Shown here one piece after another: positions 24,001 to 38,900 of a DNA stretch of 64,000 bases. The stretch is from Gnetum montanum (Eukaryota > Plantae > Gnetophyta), in contig MNCI01002498.1 of NCBI GenBank assembly GCA_015680685.1, positions 62,001-126,000 of the forward strand, in the 5' to 3' direction. The notes under the pieces are model-generated. The model was not told where the DNA came from. It did not search any database and saw only the letters and a list, made by a program, of their open reading frames with translations. Numbering within the stretch: position 1 is the stretch's first letter; every line of letters begins with the position of its first letter. Position numbers and translations under genes: made by a program.

Positions 24001-26963
24001 GTCACCTTCAAAGAAGATAATTTTTTTTAAAAAAAGTTGCAATTAATGAATTGATGGGAGGATGTCCTACTTTTAATCCTAACTCATCAAATTTTAAAGT
24101 TATTTCTTTACTATTTTTAGTGGTGATTATCTCTTCATTGACTTCTAGCATCACCCAATTATTTTTATATAAATTCCAAGGCCATATAATGCTATAATGC
24201 TTTGACACTATTGCAAAAAAAAAAAAATGTTGTATGAATTTTATTCTTCTAACTTTCTCATTCTACTTGTATTTCATATTTCTCAATTTTATTTACTTAA
24301 AAAATTCCATCACATTCTTTGAATGATCATTATTATTTTACAAAAATAAATAGTTATTAACTTTTATCAATACTGGATTTAATATTGTTTACAAATCAAT
24401 TTTGTCACCATGTCATACATAGACAAAATCTGAAAAGTCATTCTTAGGTTCTAAGCTTAGTATAGTAAATCTTCTATTTAATAATCAAATTTTATTATTT
24501 GAGATTATTAATATCTTCTAGGAGAATTCATAAATATAACTTTCATCTAAATCTAAGCCCAAAATTTTAAGAAATTTAAGTTTTTGAAATTGCCTTTGAC
24601 TTTTGGTCAACTTATAGCATTACAGGTTGTTAGATTATATATTCACCATGACACATGGTATTTTAGAAAATAATTTTTCCTAGACCATACCAATGGTTTA
24701 CTCATGGTGAATTACTATGATTTACGATTGCCTCAGGATGACAACCATGACTTGTGGTCACCTTGTGATGACAATCACAACTTGTGACTAAAGGAATTTT
24801 AGACAATGAAAGAATTAATTGGTTATCTTGACTTCATAAAGAGTTATCTAATAAAATTTATATTTTTGAAAATCTACAATTTGGAAAAAGGAATTACTAA
24901 AAGAATATTAGAAAGCTAAGGTTATATTATNGTCCAAAATAAAATTAAAACTACCCATCAATATAAAAATTTCATATATTTTAATAAAATAAATCCCATT
25001 ATATAACAACTTATTATCTTATATTCTAAAAAGCCAATAATTCCTCATTAGAGTGGAAGGCAATCATCATTCTTCATCTTTACTTTCTACTTTCTTTGTC
25101 ATGCTCTAAATTTTATAGATTCATTAAGACACTAAATCCTATGAGATAAAATATTTTTTATTAGTAATTTAGCAAGTTACTCTTTTAAACTAATGTAAAT
25201 GTATTTGATGGTTCCTTCTTTCACTTCTTGCTTGATGCAATAGTACTTGATATCAATGTGTTTGGATTTTTTATGATGCACATAGTCTTGGGATAGTTGA
25301 ATTATTATTTTATCATCAAAATATAAATATTTTTGAAGAACTTTGAATCCTAAGTGTTGAAGGCATTCACCCATGACAATAAATTATGCTTCTTAAGTGG
25401 ATAAGGTAATGGATAATTGTTACTTTGATTTCTAGTATAGATTTTTTCATGAACATTGAGATCTCCTAATGTGNAATTTCTAGTATAGATTTTTTCATGA
25501 ACATTGAGATCTCCTAATGTGGATTTTCTATCATCATTGTCTCCTTCCAAATCAACATCTGAGTATGCATGAAGCTTATTTTCTTCTTTACTAAATTGAA
25601 TCCCAAAGTTACAATTTCCTTTTACATACTTGAGGAGATGCATAAGTGCTTGCATATGAGATTGTCTTGGATCTTGCATGAATCTAGATTAAGTATGATT
25701 TTGCATATTCTAAATCTAATCTAGTGTGGTAGATAAAATTAAGTGATCTAATCATGATTTTATACATGATTTCATCTACGAGATGAGTCTTATCTTTATT
25801 AGTTAACTTTAAACTATATGGTAAAGGACTGCTAACTGACTTATTATTCTTTAGATTAAATTTTTCAATGATGAAATTTGTGTATTTGGCTTGATGAATA
25901 TTTTTCCCTCATTATTCTTGTTCACTTTAATTCCTAAGAAGTATTTTAGTTCTCCAATATTCTTCATTTTGAATTTAGTTTTCATATAATTCTTAGAATC
26001 TTCTAGTAGTCTTTTGTTAGTAGTAATAAATATAATGTCATCTACATATAGTGATATCATGATGAAATCATCTCTTTTCTTCATGAACTAGAGTTTTGGT
26101 TCATACATGCACTTTTCTTTCTAGTCAAATAGTCATTAATTATCTGGAACCAAACCCTAGGTACTCACTTTAGGCCATATAGAGCTTTGTTAAGTTTGCA
26201 CACTTTGTTCTATTTTTCTTTGATAATATAACCTTTTGAGTTGATAGATTTATACATTTGCTTTGATGTATTTACCTAGAAATACTAAGCTAACATCCAT
26301 TTATTAAACCTTTAGATCTTTATGTTCTACGATGAAGAAAATGAACTTGATGTTTTCAAATCTAGCCACCAGTGTAAATATTTCTTCATAATTAATTTTT
26401 TTTTTGTTTGAATCCTCTTGCCATAAGTCTTGCTTTGTATGTTATTACTTCTTCTTTATTTTTCATTGTACTTTGTTTTATATAGTCACTTGTAATCAAT
26501 CATCATTTTATCTTTTGTTTTATTCACTAATTTCCATGTGTTATATCTTAGGATAACATTGTATTTTTTATTTATGAACTCTTTCTATACTCTTAACTTC
26601 ATGACTTCATTGGCATTTTCTAGTTCACTTGAGACTATTGAATATGTCATATTTATAATATTTTGAGATATTGTAGTTCTTCTTTCAAAATTTATATCTA
26701 GTATTTGAGTGTAAGAATGGTTTCTTTGAACCCAAGGTTTTATATTTTGATTTATGTTTGATTTCTCTTCCTGTTTAAAAAAGTTAATTATACTGAACTC
26801 TATCTCATCAAATATAATATCTCTTGCAACAAATCATTTTTGATTCATTGGGTCATAGCACTTGTATCCACTCATGTAATAATCATAAATAATAAATACG
26901 CAATGACAACCAAATATTCTCATATGACGCATGTTAGGAATTTTGTTGTGTAGAACTTAATAT

Positions 26964-28443
26964 TGAGGATTGTTGAACTTAAAAGGGAGGGAATGAATAA
27001 GTTTCCAAAATCAAAAAATTCTTCAACACAAATGCACATCAAATTTTATGTGATATTCCAACTTGGGTATTCCATACTTGGAGGGTAGATAGCTTATAGA
27101 CCTCTAGACTTTGATTCTTCAAAAATGTGCTTTAGAGGACACCACAACCTTTACAAGATTTGATCTCCGTTACGGGGAGTTTCATTGCTACAAAATCTCT
27201 CAATCTTGTGAGATCCCAATAAGCTAAAAATGTGGTTTGAAGGGAATCACACCCTATATAATCTCTAATATTCACTCTAGAGTGATTTGACACCACAAAT
27301 CCACTCAACCATACAAGGTCTTGATAAGCTTAGAATTTGGGTTCAAGGAACCCACAACCTTTATAGCTTGATCTCCACTTTAGAATGTTGTGGTGCTATA
27401 CCAACACTCAATCTTGTAGAATCCTAACAAGCTCAAGGATGATGCCTTCTTGAAAGAAGCACATCAACCCCATAGGACAAAAAAAGAGAAACATAAATTA
27501 CAAGAAAAGAATGCAACTAATTTGGCTGATTCTTGTACTTTAAGGTACTTATAATAGTACAAAAAATAGTACAATGAGGTACAAAAACAATAGAATGTTG
27601 TATACAATGATTTCTTATTGTTGACACTTGATAGTTCACAATGCTTGCATATTTTCCAATGGGATGAAGTTTTCTTATAGCCAATATGTTTCTGAAATCA
27701 CTCTGGAATTCATGCAATAGCTATTTAATGATCACTAGAGGCATCTTCTTTGAGGCTAAGACTTCTTTATGCATCATAACTTCATTCTAGAAAGATGTCT
27801 TCTCCACAGGAAATAGGTCTTTGTGGATACATCTTCATGAAGATGTCTTTCTTACTAGAAATACATCTGTTGTTTTTCAAAGATGTCTTTTTCTAAGTAA
27901 TTTTCAATTCAACCAAGACATCTACTATTTCCAGGAGATGTCTTTATTGATTTTCCTTTACTTTTGCCAAGACATCTATTATTTCTTGGAAGATGTCTAC
28001 TCTTCAGGGGAGACATCTCTTCTATAGGCTCCAAAAATAAACTACTCATTTTGATGTTGGAAGCCTCCAAATACATCCAACCAAGTTTCCTTATATCCTA
28101 TAACCTCATAAACTCATCAAAATGAGCCAAAAACACTCCGAAATATGTCAAAACATCCAAGAATCATCCTCAACAACAATCAATAGAAATAGATACATTT
28201 TTTTCTTGAATTCTTTATATTTTTCCATGCTCCCTTGAGTCCTTGTGATCTTGAATTTTCTTGTGGGGCCTTGAGTCATTTGCTCTTGCTCGTAATTTGC
28301 TTATGAGGTCCTTGTCCCAATCTATATTCTTTCCATCGCTCTATGAAGTATTTTTTCATAATCTTATCCTCTAAACACAACCCAATGCAAACATCCTTTG
28401 TTCTCCCATTTTCTTAAGGTTTTCACATACTAAAAGGTCAAAA
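26964..28443 (-). repeat. 3' LTR of the Sirevirus-like element
   Basis: Aligns with 31552-33136. PPT complement atcttccccct at 28444-28454. Internal ~105 bp tandem units at 27120-27440. Confidence 0.9.
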
Positions 28444-29065
28444 ATCTTCCCCTTTTTAGTAATGTTCAAAACTTAAGAAAATAGGTTAGTATAATCACAA
28501 TATCACAATATACAAGCACTTCTCCCACTTTTTGGACATGAACAAAAAGGGAATGGAGGAGTTACACTTCTAAGAAAAAAAATTTGTTACCAAAGCATAT
28601 AGTTTTGGAGAACCATTGCATAATTAGCATATCCATGCTCACACAAAAATCTCCTCTTATATGGACAAAATCCAAAAGAATCTATCCAAATATCTATAAA
28701 AAATTTCATAATAAAATTATGCATAATAGACAAAAAGTTTACAAGAGAAACATATGAAGAATATACATCTCATTAATTTTAAAGGGCTAATGAAGTAAAA
28801 CTAGTGTTTATCAAGAGTGGTGCTTCATCTGTCCATGACAACAAGAGACATACTTGATCCAAGCTTTTCAAAAGATATTCAAGAGCAAGTAACCTCTCTC
28901 TAAACCAATATTCTTTGAACAATCTGTGAGTAACTTCAAGATAAGTGAGTAAAAACATACATATTCAACTTGTAAGTAATACATCTTACCATGCTGAAAA
29001 AGTTAAAATTTATCAAAAGATCAAAACCAATCATCTAGATAGTTTATATATATGATAAAAATGTT

Positions 29066-29084
29066 ACACACACACACACACACA
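29066..29084. repeat. (AC)n microsatellite
   Basis: acacacacacacacacaca seen directly. Confidence 0.9.
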
Positions 29085-31537
29085 TTGCATGGCTTACCAA
29101 AAGAAATTATGAACACCTTTTCTAGTACTAATGAGAGTAATTGAGATTTCTATGGAGAGTAAATCTCAACACATATTTGCAATAAGGATCTTAGGCACTT
29201 AAATTGATACATGCTCAACATACAAAAGGTTAGACATAAAAGTAATTTCATATAACATATAAATTTCAAGAGCTTTCATCAATAAAGATCATCTTTAAAT
29301 AAGGATTTTAAATATTGATAAATAAATGTTGTCTTTTTTTTTTACCAAATGAATATGCTCTTCCTTGCCTATTGTTTGATATAGGAGCTAGAGATAAGAA
29401 GTTTAGCAATTATCATATCTTTGAGAGAATCACTCAAGAGTTTCCTTGCGTATGTGACCCATCTTTTGAAACATCTATTGTAGAGAGACTGATACCAATT
29501 ATTATTCTTCTCTTGAGCCTTTTAGGATCTTCATGTTGCAAATAAATTCTAAGATAAAGTATGGAGACTAAAGTCTCCCATTATTTATATCAAAACAAGT
29601 CTAAAAAACATCTAATCATGACAAAATATATTGAATTCATCAACAATATTAACATTACACATACATAAAAGACTAGGTAATGACTCCATAAATCTAGAGT
29701 GTTAGATTAAGATAAAGTTTGAGGCCTCTGATATAAATAGCAAATAATTCATCTACTTAAGAAATTCCTTTTGCAATGTAGCTTTTCTTAGAAGCTACAT
29801 GAGTTACATTATAGGTATTAATTTAAATACTTTAAATACAAAAATCTTCCAAAATAAATTGGACAACAATGCCATATCACAATACATAAATTTCTAAACA
29901 ATAGTGAATGTAAAAAAAAAATTGGTCCAAAAATTACATTCAATGATTTTGGATCATTACAATAACTATGATTTATTAATAGGACATTGTTGTATATTAT
30001 AGTTTCCATTCAAAAATACTAGTCTAGTAAAAAATACCAATGGATTATTGTTATACTTATCATTACTTACCTTTCTTGCTAAAAAGAATTAAGGTGCCTA
30101 GAGAGCTAGAGGATGAGATTCCTCTTTCAATGTTTCTCTTATTGCATAGACTTATTCAATTTCCAAGGGTTGGCTTCCTTTCAAAAAAATTTTGAAGACA
30201 AACTTCTCATTCTCATGTTCCTTCCCCTTGATTCTTCATTCTTTTTGAACTCCCTTATTCTTTTGAGTTGTCCAAGTTTTCCTGTGTTCCTACATCATTC
30301 CTTTTCTTGATACATTTTGGTAAGACCAAGGAGTCTAATGATATGACCAAGTGCTCATGTGATAAAACTTTAAATCACACTCCCATTTTTTATGCCTAAA
30401 CTTATTATAATAATAACATCTAATCCTATTATTGTAGTAAGAGTGATTAGAATGATTAAACCTTTGAGGAATCTTTTAATGGATAGAATCTTCTTCTAAT
30501 GTAGTACCCTTACTTCTTAGAGATTTCTTTAGATGGGATGAATGTTGTGTAGGTTCTTCTTGGGAATAACATCCATGTCCACTTTTATCTTGTGAACTTC
30601 TTCCTTGTTCAAGAACCATTTAAAGGGACTTTTTCCCTTTAACTAGCTTCTCATTCACACACTTTACATCTAAAAATTTTTCCTTAGCCTACTCATAAGA
30701 CAAGGTTATCTTTTCATTCTTAGCCCTTAGGTCTAATATTTCTTTTGTAATATTAGATATTGTTATATTTAATAAGGAAATTTTCTAAGCCTTTATTTTA
30801 ACTTGCTTGTTCAACTTTATACAAATATTTTGAAAAGATAAAAGTTCATTACATAATAAATCAAACCTCTCATCCTAGTTAAGTTCATCATTTGAGGCAT
30901 CAACATCATCATCAATGAAACCCATATAGATGAGGTATGAATCGTTTGAATTGTCCTCCATGTCTTCTTTATTTTTTCTCCATCATCATTTTTGTCCTTT
31001 TGTTGTAACTTGCCATTACTAGGATATTCACAGAGCATGTGGCCTATTCTAGCATATACTAAGCATTCTATTGAAGATTAATCGAAATTAGAACTAGAAA
31101 AATTTTTACCTCTTTCCTTACCTTCAAATTGATTGGGCTTTTTTTTATTAGAGCTCTTACTCATCTACTCAATCACATTGGTTAGTTTTTGAATCTTAGC
31201 ATTAAGGTCTGAGTTCTCTTTCTTGAGATAAAAACATTCATCATTAAGAACTTTAATTTTTATTTCCCTGGAATGTAAAGCATATTTTAACTCAATGCAC
31301 AAATTTTGTAAAGAAATAACTTCATGGAAAAACATCCCATACCTTTCTTTAATGGAAACATCATTTAGATTGTTATGAGTTGTATCAACTTTACAAGCAC
31401 AGTTTCCTTTATTTCTGAATGTAAGGAAGGGAATGAGAGACTTATTGTTATAGTAGATGTGATATGGGAATTAAGCATACCAATTGATGAATCAAATTAG
31501 TCATTTTTTCCAAATGTGTTCAATGTTAAAGCACATG

Positions 31538-31549
31538 GCTCTAATACCA
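31538..31549 (-). promoter_or_regulatory. PBS complementary to initiator tRNA-Met
   Basis: Minus strand TGGTATTAGAGC (canonical TGGTATCAGAGC), 2 nt from the LTR. Confidence 0.9.
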
Positions 31550-31551
31550 CT

Positions 31552-33136
31552 TGAGGATTGTTAAACTTACAAGGAAGGGAAGAATAAGTTCCAAGAATAA
31601 AAAAATTCTTCAACACAAAAGCACACCAAATTTGATGTGGTTTTCCAAATTGGGTACTCCACACTCAGAGGGTAGATTTCTTGTACACCTTTAAATTTTA
31701 TTTCTATAAAAATGTGGTTTCGAGAACACCATAACCTTTACAAGATTTAGGCTCCACTATGGAGAGTTTTTTCTTATGAAATCTCTCAATCACACAAGAT
31801 CCCAACAAGCTCAAAATGTGATTTGAAAGGCACCACACCCTATACAACCTCTAAGCTCGGCTTCAAAGTGATTCAACGCCATGAATCCACTTAACCCCAC
31901 GAGGTCTCAACAAGCTTAGAATGTGGTTTCCAGGATCCCACAACCTTTATAGCTTAAGTTCTACTCTACAATGTTGTGGCACTACACCAACACTTAATTC
32001 CATATGATCTTGACAAGCTTAAGGATGATGCCTCCCAACAAGAAGCACATAAACCCCACAAGGCAACAAAAAAAAAACAAAAATTATAAGGAAAGGATGC
32101 AACTAAATTTGTTGATTCTTGTACTTTGAGGTACAACACACTTTAACCACTTAGAACAATACAAAATATAATACAATGAGGTATAAGAATAATAGAATGA
32201 TGTATAAAATGATTACTTATTATTGACACTTGATAGTTCATAATGCTTACACATTTCCCAATGGAATGAAGTTTGATTATAGCCAATATGTTTTTGAAAT
32301 CACTTTGGAATTCATGTAACAACTATCTAATGGTCACTAGAGATGTCTTTTTTGAGGCTGAGACATCTTTTTGCATTACACATTTATTTTGGAAAGATGT
32401 CTTCTCCATAGGAAAGATGTCTTTATGGATACATCTTCATGAAGATGTGTTTCTTACTAAATTTATGTCTACTATTTTTCAAAGTTTTCTCAGTTTGAGA
32501 AATCTTCAATTTAGCCAAGACATTTGTTATTTCCTAGAGAACTCTTTACTAATTTTCCTTCACTTCGACCAAGAAATATACTATTTCTTGAGAGACATCT
32601 ACTCTTTAGGAGAGACATCTCTTCTATAGGGGAGATGGNAAGACATCTACTCTTTAGGAGAGACATCTCTTCTATAGGGGAGATGGCTCTTTTGTAGGCC
32701 CCAAAAATAAAACCGCTCATTTTGATGTTGAGAGCCTCTAGATGTCTCCAACCAAGTCCCCATAGGTCCTATAACCTCATAAAATCATCAAAATGAGTCA
32801 AAAACACTCTTAAATATAAAAAAACATCCAAGAATCATCCTCAACAACAATCAACACAAATAGACATATTTTTCTTGAATTCTTCGTATTTGCCCATGAT
32901 CCCTTGAGTTCTTGTGGTCTTGACTTTGCTTGTGAGTCCTTTAGTCCTTTGCTCTTCCATCTAATTTTCTTATGAGGTCCTTGTCCATGCCTAATATGAA
33001 GTCCTTATCCCAATCTTCATTTTTTGAATTACTCTATGAAGTCTTTGCTGATAATCTTATCCTATAAATACAACCCAATGCAAACATCATGTGTTCTCTA
33101 ATTTTCTTAAGGTTTTGAAATACCAACAGGTCAATA
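31552..33136 (-). repeat. 5' LTR of the Sirevirus-like element
   Basis: Aligns with 26964-28443; adjacent to the PBS. Confidence 0.9.
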
Positions 33137-35995
33137 GGTATGGAGATCAGTCTTCATTGCTTTTGGTGCTAATTTGATTAGAAATGTAACAAATGTAACA
33201 AGTAGCTATAATGGCCATACTCCAATATTGGTTAAATAGTGATGCATGCTTTAGTAATCACCTTGTTATATCTTGTATTATTCTATTCCTTTTTTTAGCT
33301 ACACCATTTGATTGCAGGCTATATTCACATGTGGTTTGATGAAAAATATCATTTTCTTTATAGAACTTGTGAATTCCCTTAGTTATGAATTTACCTCCTT
33401 TGTCTAATCTAATGGCCTTGACATTCATGAATTTTTCAATTAGTTTGAGAAAATTTTTAAATTATTTGATGGCTTCACTCTTTTGCTTCAGATTGTAAGT
33501 CCAAGTGTATCTTACATAGTCATCTACTATGACCATGAAATAACTTGCCCCTATTATTGAAAAAGTGGAAATTGGTCCAACAAGATCCATATGTAGAAGA
33601 TCAAATGGTTTTTCCTTCTTTATCATGTGAGAGTTATGAGAAGAATTAGTTTTCTTTCCTTATATGCAAGTCTCATATTTATCTCAAGGAATATTTAAAA
33701 TTTTTATTCATTTAGCTTTTTTCTGTTTTATCATTCTTTCAATTTTGTGATAGGAGGTATGATCAAACCTTACATGCTAAAGTCTAGAGTTACTAAATCC
33801 TCATTATTATTTTTCTTGATTTCATCTTTGTTGGGATTTAATTGGCTTCTATTGTGAGGACATGCCTTTCTTGAGTAGTATGGCTGCTTATGATGTCACT
33901 TTTTTCATTGAGATAGTTACATTCAAATTAATTTATTCTAGTATTCAAGGCTTTGATTTGCACGATTTCTTCATAACTAGATTTGTTGGTAATGCAAAAT
34001 TTTCTTTTAAAACTAGTAGTATTTCCTTCATTAAAGACTTTTTTAATAAAGATGAGAGGACTAGAAAGATTAGGAACATAATACATATTGGAAATGGTGA
34101 GTTTTTATTCATTTTTTAATTTAACTACACAATCTCCTATTCCTTCTATGACTAAGTATTTTTCATCTCTAATTTTGATGTTATCAAGACTATTATTTAT
34201 TTTGTAATTTAGAAGATAATTTTTATAGGGTATCATGTGAATGTCCCCAATTCTAATTGTTCAACTTCCAAGATTAAGTAAATAATGATTAATGATGTTT
34301 ATGAAGTAATGAATTGATGAAAGATTGAATACTAATGATGAACTAGTTAAATTATTGCTAAAATTATATTCATGGTTCCATGATACAAATTTCCAAGAGA
34401 TGCATTAAATATACATATGTAACAAGTAGGATAAAGTTCACTAAAAATCATACAATATAGTCCCATTATTTAACAAAATTAAAAATTAAATATATATGGA
34501 TTGAGGTGAAAATAATATTACAACTACTCATAAATTCAAAAACTTACTATATTTAATTAAAATAAACTCCTATCATATAATACAAAAATCAATGTCTTCT
34601 ACTCTAATAAGCAAACAATTATCACCTCATCATAACAACTATTATTTGTGGTTAACTCATGGTGATGTGAAATTGATAATCATAACCCATAGTAACTTCA
34701 TGGTTGTTGTATCCACTTTAGCTTTTTCTATATAAGTCAAAATTGTGGGTACGATGCATTACTTTTTAGTTTAACCTACCTTCAGCAATTCCAGATTTGA
34801 CATTTCTCATCATCAATAGTATTATTTATGATTCTCATCTTTAACATTTATCAAAATAGTATCTCATGTTATTTCTGGCATAATTATGAATGTTTTTTCT
34901 CAATCTTTAGTTTTGACATTTGGCATCATCTTCTACATCGATACTAATTTCAACTTCTTCAATAGTTTGTGCCTGACATACAATGTCATCCTATTGTTCA
35001 ACGTCCTATGTTCATATTATTTTTACATTTAATATCATTTTTTGTATTAGTTATATTTTCAACCTCTACTATAACTACACATCATTTCTTCTATCTAGAA
35101 CCTTCTAGAAGATTTTGTGAATCCCAATGTATTGTTTCCTCATAGTTTATGTGGTATTTATGGTTTATAAATAGGAGAAGACCTCTAAATAGAAAGGTCT
35201 TGGTTGGAAGATTAAAAAAATAGTTTAAGGCTATGAAATCTTAGGGGGAAAAATAGCTCTATATAAAATAGCAACTTTTCTCACAATCACTTCGTTAATA
35301 TATTCAAAATATCTATATACTTCTCACGTCCTTAAAGTTTCTCTAATATTTCCCTTTTCTACTAATGAGTTGTATCCCCTTCATGTTATCCTCTTGAAAC
35401 ATGGAGAATCCTATTAGATATAGATTGATGCATAGATCTAATTCAATTTTCTTTTATTGCATCTCAAGATTTTTCTAATCTACAATAGTTCTTTTCAATC
35501 ATGATCAGACACATGCATTAGAGAGAAAGAAAGGCATAATCAAACTCCTCATCAATCATACTTGATCCCTAATTTCATCTCACAATATTGCTACTACATT
35601 CTCCCAAGTTTCTTTCCTAGATATTTGCTTTCTATATTTTAGCTTTTTCTTTCTCTACCTTATACTTGGAATTGTAACAAATCTATATTATCCCCCTTTT
35701 ACTTTAAGGATACTATTTTAACAGATTTATTGTTATGTTTTATGGTTGTTTTTATTTTATTCATGTATAGTTTTTTATTTTTATAAATTTTATTCTACAT
35801 AATATTTCTTTTTGTATCAAATCATGGATATTATTTTCTTTTAGTAATTGCTACTTCACTTTACCAGCTATTCTTGACACCTATTTTCACTTATTGTTTT
35901 CTTATGTTTGGTAAAAATAGTACCTTAGATTATTGGAATCTCTAATGATCTACAAGTTGCCTTTCAATTTAGAGATTTATTTTTTTAGAAACATT

Positions 35996-38900
35996 TGGTG
36001 GCCACTAAATGCTTAGCTCAATTTCACATATCATTGTTTCAAATCTTAGATTTATAATAAGTCTAACCATAATATCTTTTTGATGATAGAAGAAGAACCA
36101 ATCCACAAATTAATATCATTTCTAGGATATGGTCTTTAACATATTTAATTTTCTTACTTCTATCAATGTGTCACACTAAAACACTAACATCACATCATCT
36201 CTCTTATAGAAAATACTTTATTTAGATTTCTCACTTTCTGTTTTAAGTTCAAACCTGATTGTAGGGAAAACCAAAACTCTAGTAATAGCCTTATGAAATG
36301 ACAATTATTGCTAAGACATAATCATAGCTATGGCATCATGATCTAATAAAATTTATTTAAGCTTTAAAGGCTTAGTAATCTACGGAGAAATCAATGATTT
36401 TCTAAGGGGTTAAGTGAAAAGAACTACAAGATAGCCTACTCCAAGCAAGAGATAGGCTTTTTACTCACGTCGGATACGTTCAAGCTTATGGTAGAATATG
36501 AGTGGATTAATGATCTTCCTTCTTTCCTTCCTAATCTAGACCATCCCATTTAATTGGAACATGGAGAGGCTAAGGAGATTACAAAGTTCATCATGGAACA
36601 AATGAAGATACAAGAAAAAAATACATCTCTACACTAAAGAGACTAGAATAAAAACTATCTTAGATCAACCTCTTAGTCATTACATTACTATTAGAGGAAA
36701 AATAGGGAGTATAGTCTCTAAATCATATATTCAATTAATAGATAAAGATGATGAACCAACTGAAGGGCTTGACAAGACCAATCCTCTGGTACATCATATA
36801 CATAACACTAGCATCATGGTTGCTCAAAATTCTTCAAATAGATCTATTCCTCCTAGCATAGGATCATCTAACCTTATTGTTCCCTTGTCCTTTCTTTCTC
36901 TATCTTATTGTTTGTTTCCACCAAATAATGTTATTAATCCTTAACTTTTCTTCCAACTCTCTAACTAATTTCTTTGATCCACATATATCATTCCTCAACC
37001 CTAGCCTACCATACCTCTATTCCAATATATTTTTTGCTTGTTTCTATTGCTTCATCATTGTTTAATATTTTTAGATGTTGTAATATATCACTTTTTCTCC
37101 TATACCCATCTAATTGTTTTTTCATTAGGCATACTCACTTCTACCACATTTGAACATATTTCATACATGCATCCTCCCTTAACATCATTGCCTATTGCTG
37201 CAACTCAACATATCCCTCACTTCCTTAAAATAGATCTACAACTATTAGCACTACTTAATGATATTATGCTTCATCTTTAAAGAACCAAAGATAAAGAAGA
37301 TAAGCCATTGATCATGCAAGGAAACTCTCCTATTTCCTTGGATGAAGTCGTAAGTGATCCTATGAGCTCTACTATTTCTATGTTAGTTCTATTTAAGGGA
37401 ATTTCATTATCATCCTTTACAAAGTATAATGATGAAATGAGGGATCTTATGAATCATGTATTCATATTTAGAAATGAATGCATGCTTATTACCCATTATC
37501 CTTACATCATACTAAGATTTTTGTTTCACTCTCTCTTGAAAAGAGATTTGAAATAATATAGGCCTTTGCCTCATGATTCTATTACCTCTATTGTAGCTTC
37601 CATAAAATGTTTCAAGTTTAATGTTCTTGCACTAGTCTCATATACTTTATAGTAATCAAATAAGCCATAAATATACTCATCGACAAGTTTATTTCTTGAT
37701 GAATAATGACATCAATCAAATCACCATATCATTTGGAGAAATGTCACTTACAAGATATTATTAAAGCTATAGTTGTTAACTATATTTAGAAGAGAATATC
37801 TTAACATAAACCCCATTCTTTGAATTATGTTTCTTGATCGTTAGTTGGATTGAATAAGTTGCCATTCAATGTGATGACCAAGAAGTTTTGTAAATTTGTA
37901 ACAAAGCTAATAGGGATATGAAATAAAAGAAGAAATAATAAACTTCTCAAGTTTTTTCTTCTTTTTCTAAGGTAAAAAACAATTCTTCCTCAATCTTTTC
38001 TTCTTTAACTCAACAATCCAAACCTCAAGGAAGAAGAGATCAATATACTAAAATAACCATGAGATATTCTATGCTTCTTAATAATCTTCTTATGGATGGA
38101 CACTTTAAGAGAAAATAGGTTTGTAATCAAGTAAGAGCATGTTATCAACACATTCATCTTATGGAAATAGATGCTTCTCAAAGATAGGAAGATAACCCGA
38201 AGGTACCTAAGTTGTATAACTACAAAAAGTACTATTATTATCATGAGACTGCTAGTCATGACATAGATAACTATAGAAATTTGAAGGATGAAATTCAAGA
38301 TCTTATAGATAAGGGTAAACTAGTAGTGGAAAATGAGAAATCCACTATGAATCCAAATAATTAGTTACTAGAGATATTTCAAAATTCCTTGGGAGCTAGA
38401 AATATCATTTTATCTTTTAAGCCAAAACACAAGGCTTGTAACTTCCCACCTAGGGGGCCATATATCATTCATTTGCCTGACTATACTTATCACTAATAGT
38501 CTCCACCATAATCTCAAAAGGCTTATGTCATTTACTAGTTTGACTAAGCCACAACTTCATTGAAGCTAAACTACCCTTTCCCTTCTCATTATCATAANCT
38601 AGTTTGACTAAGCCACAACTTCATTGAAGCTAAACTACCCTTTCCCTTCTCATTATCATAATAATGCTATTCCAACTAACCAAAATCTAGCTACGACTTG
38701 TATTGTTACACACTCTCATCACTCTACTCATGCTACTTAACTCATCCATCCTTCTTACTCCCATCCCATTCCATACCATTTTTAATGTTAAAATACCTCT
38801 TCACCTACTATATTCAAAATGTTTAGTCATAACTTTTCATCACCACAAATAAGAATCCTTACTCATAGCCAAAAAACCAATAAGTTACAATCAGATAAAC

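Larger units (their letters stand above)
26964..33136 (-). mobile_element. Full-length Sirevirus (SIRE, Copia)-like element with internally deleted/decayed pol
   Basis: Two ~1.5 kb LTRs and a Met PBS. PPT AGGGGGAAGAT with further PPT-like copies at 28520-28680. G-rich (C-rich on minus) signal aagggagggaatgaataag near the LTR end. Gag has two CCHC-like knuckles (~31030-31075 and ~30370-30420) separated by a coiled coil. The flanks AATAT/GGTAT fit a TSD with two G>A changes. Confidence 0.85.
25040..35050 (-). mobile_element. Decayed Ty1/Copia element (gag-PR-INT-RT-RH), split by a nested Sirevirus-like element
   Basis: RNase H HKKSKHIDIKYY (25177-25374) and AYSDVD (25350-25679). RT ISLYVDDIIF..MKNIGELKYFLGIKV (25851-26084). 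Integrase DLLHMDLVGP..YFMVIVDDY.RYTW..NGVAKKRNR (33280-33610). Copia domain order. Confidence 0.9.

Noticed and set aside
27821-32629. Similar track ORFs 27821..28027 and 32273..32629 (WIHLHEDVFLT) as a duplicated gene
   Set aside because: They are chance frames over the AGAYRTCT array in the two LTRs of one element
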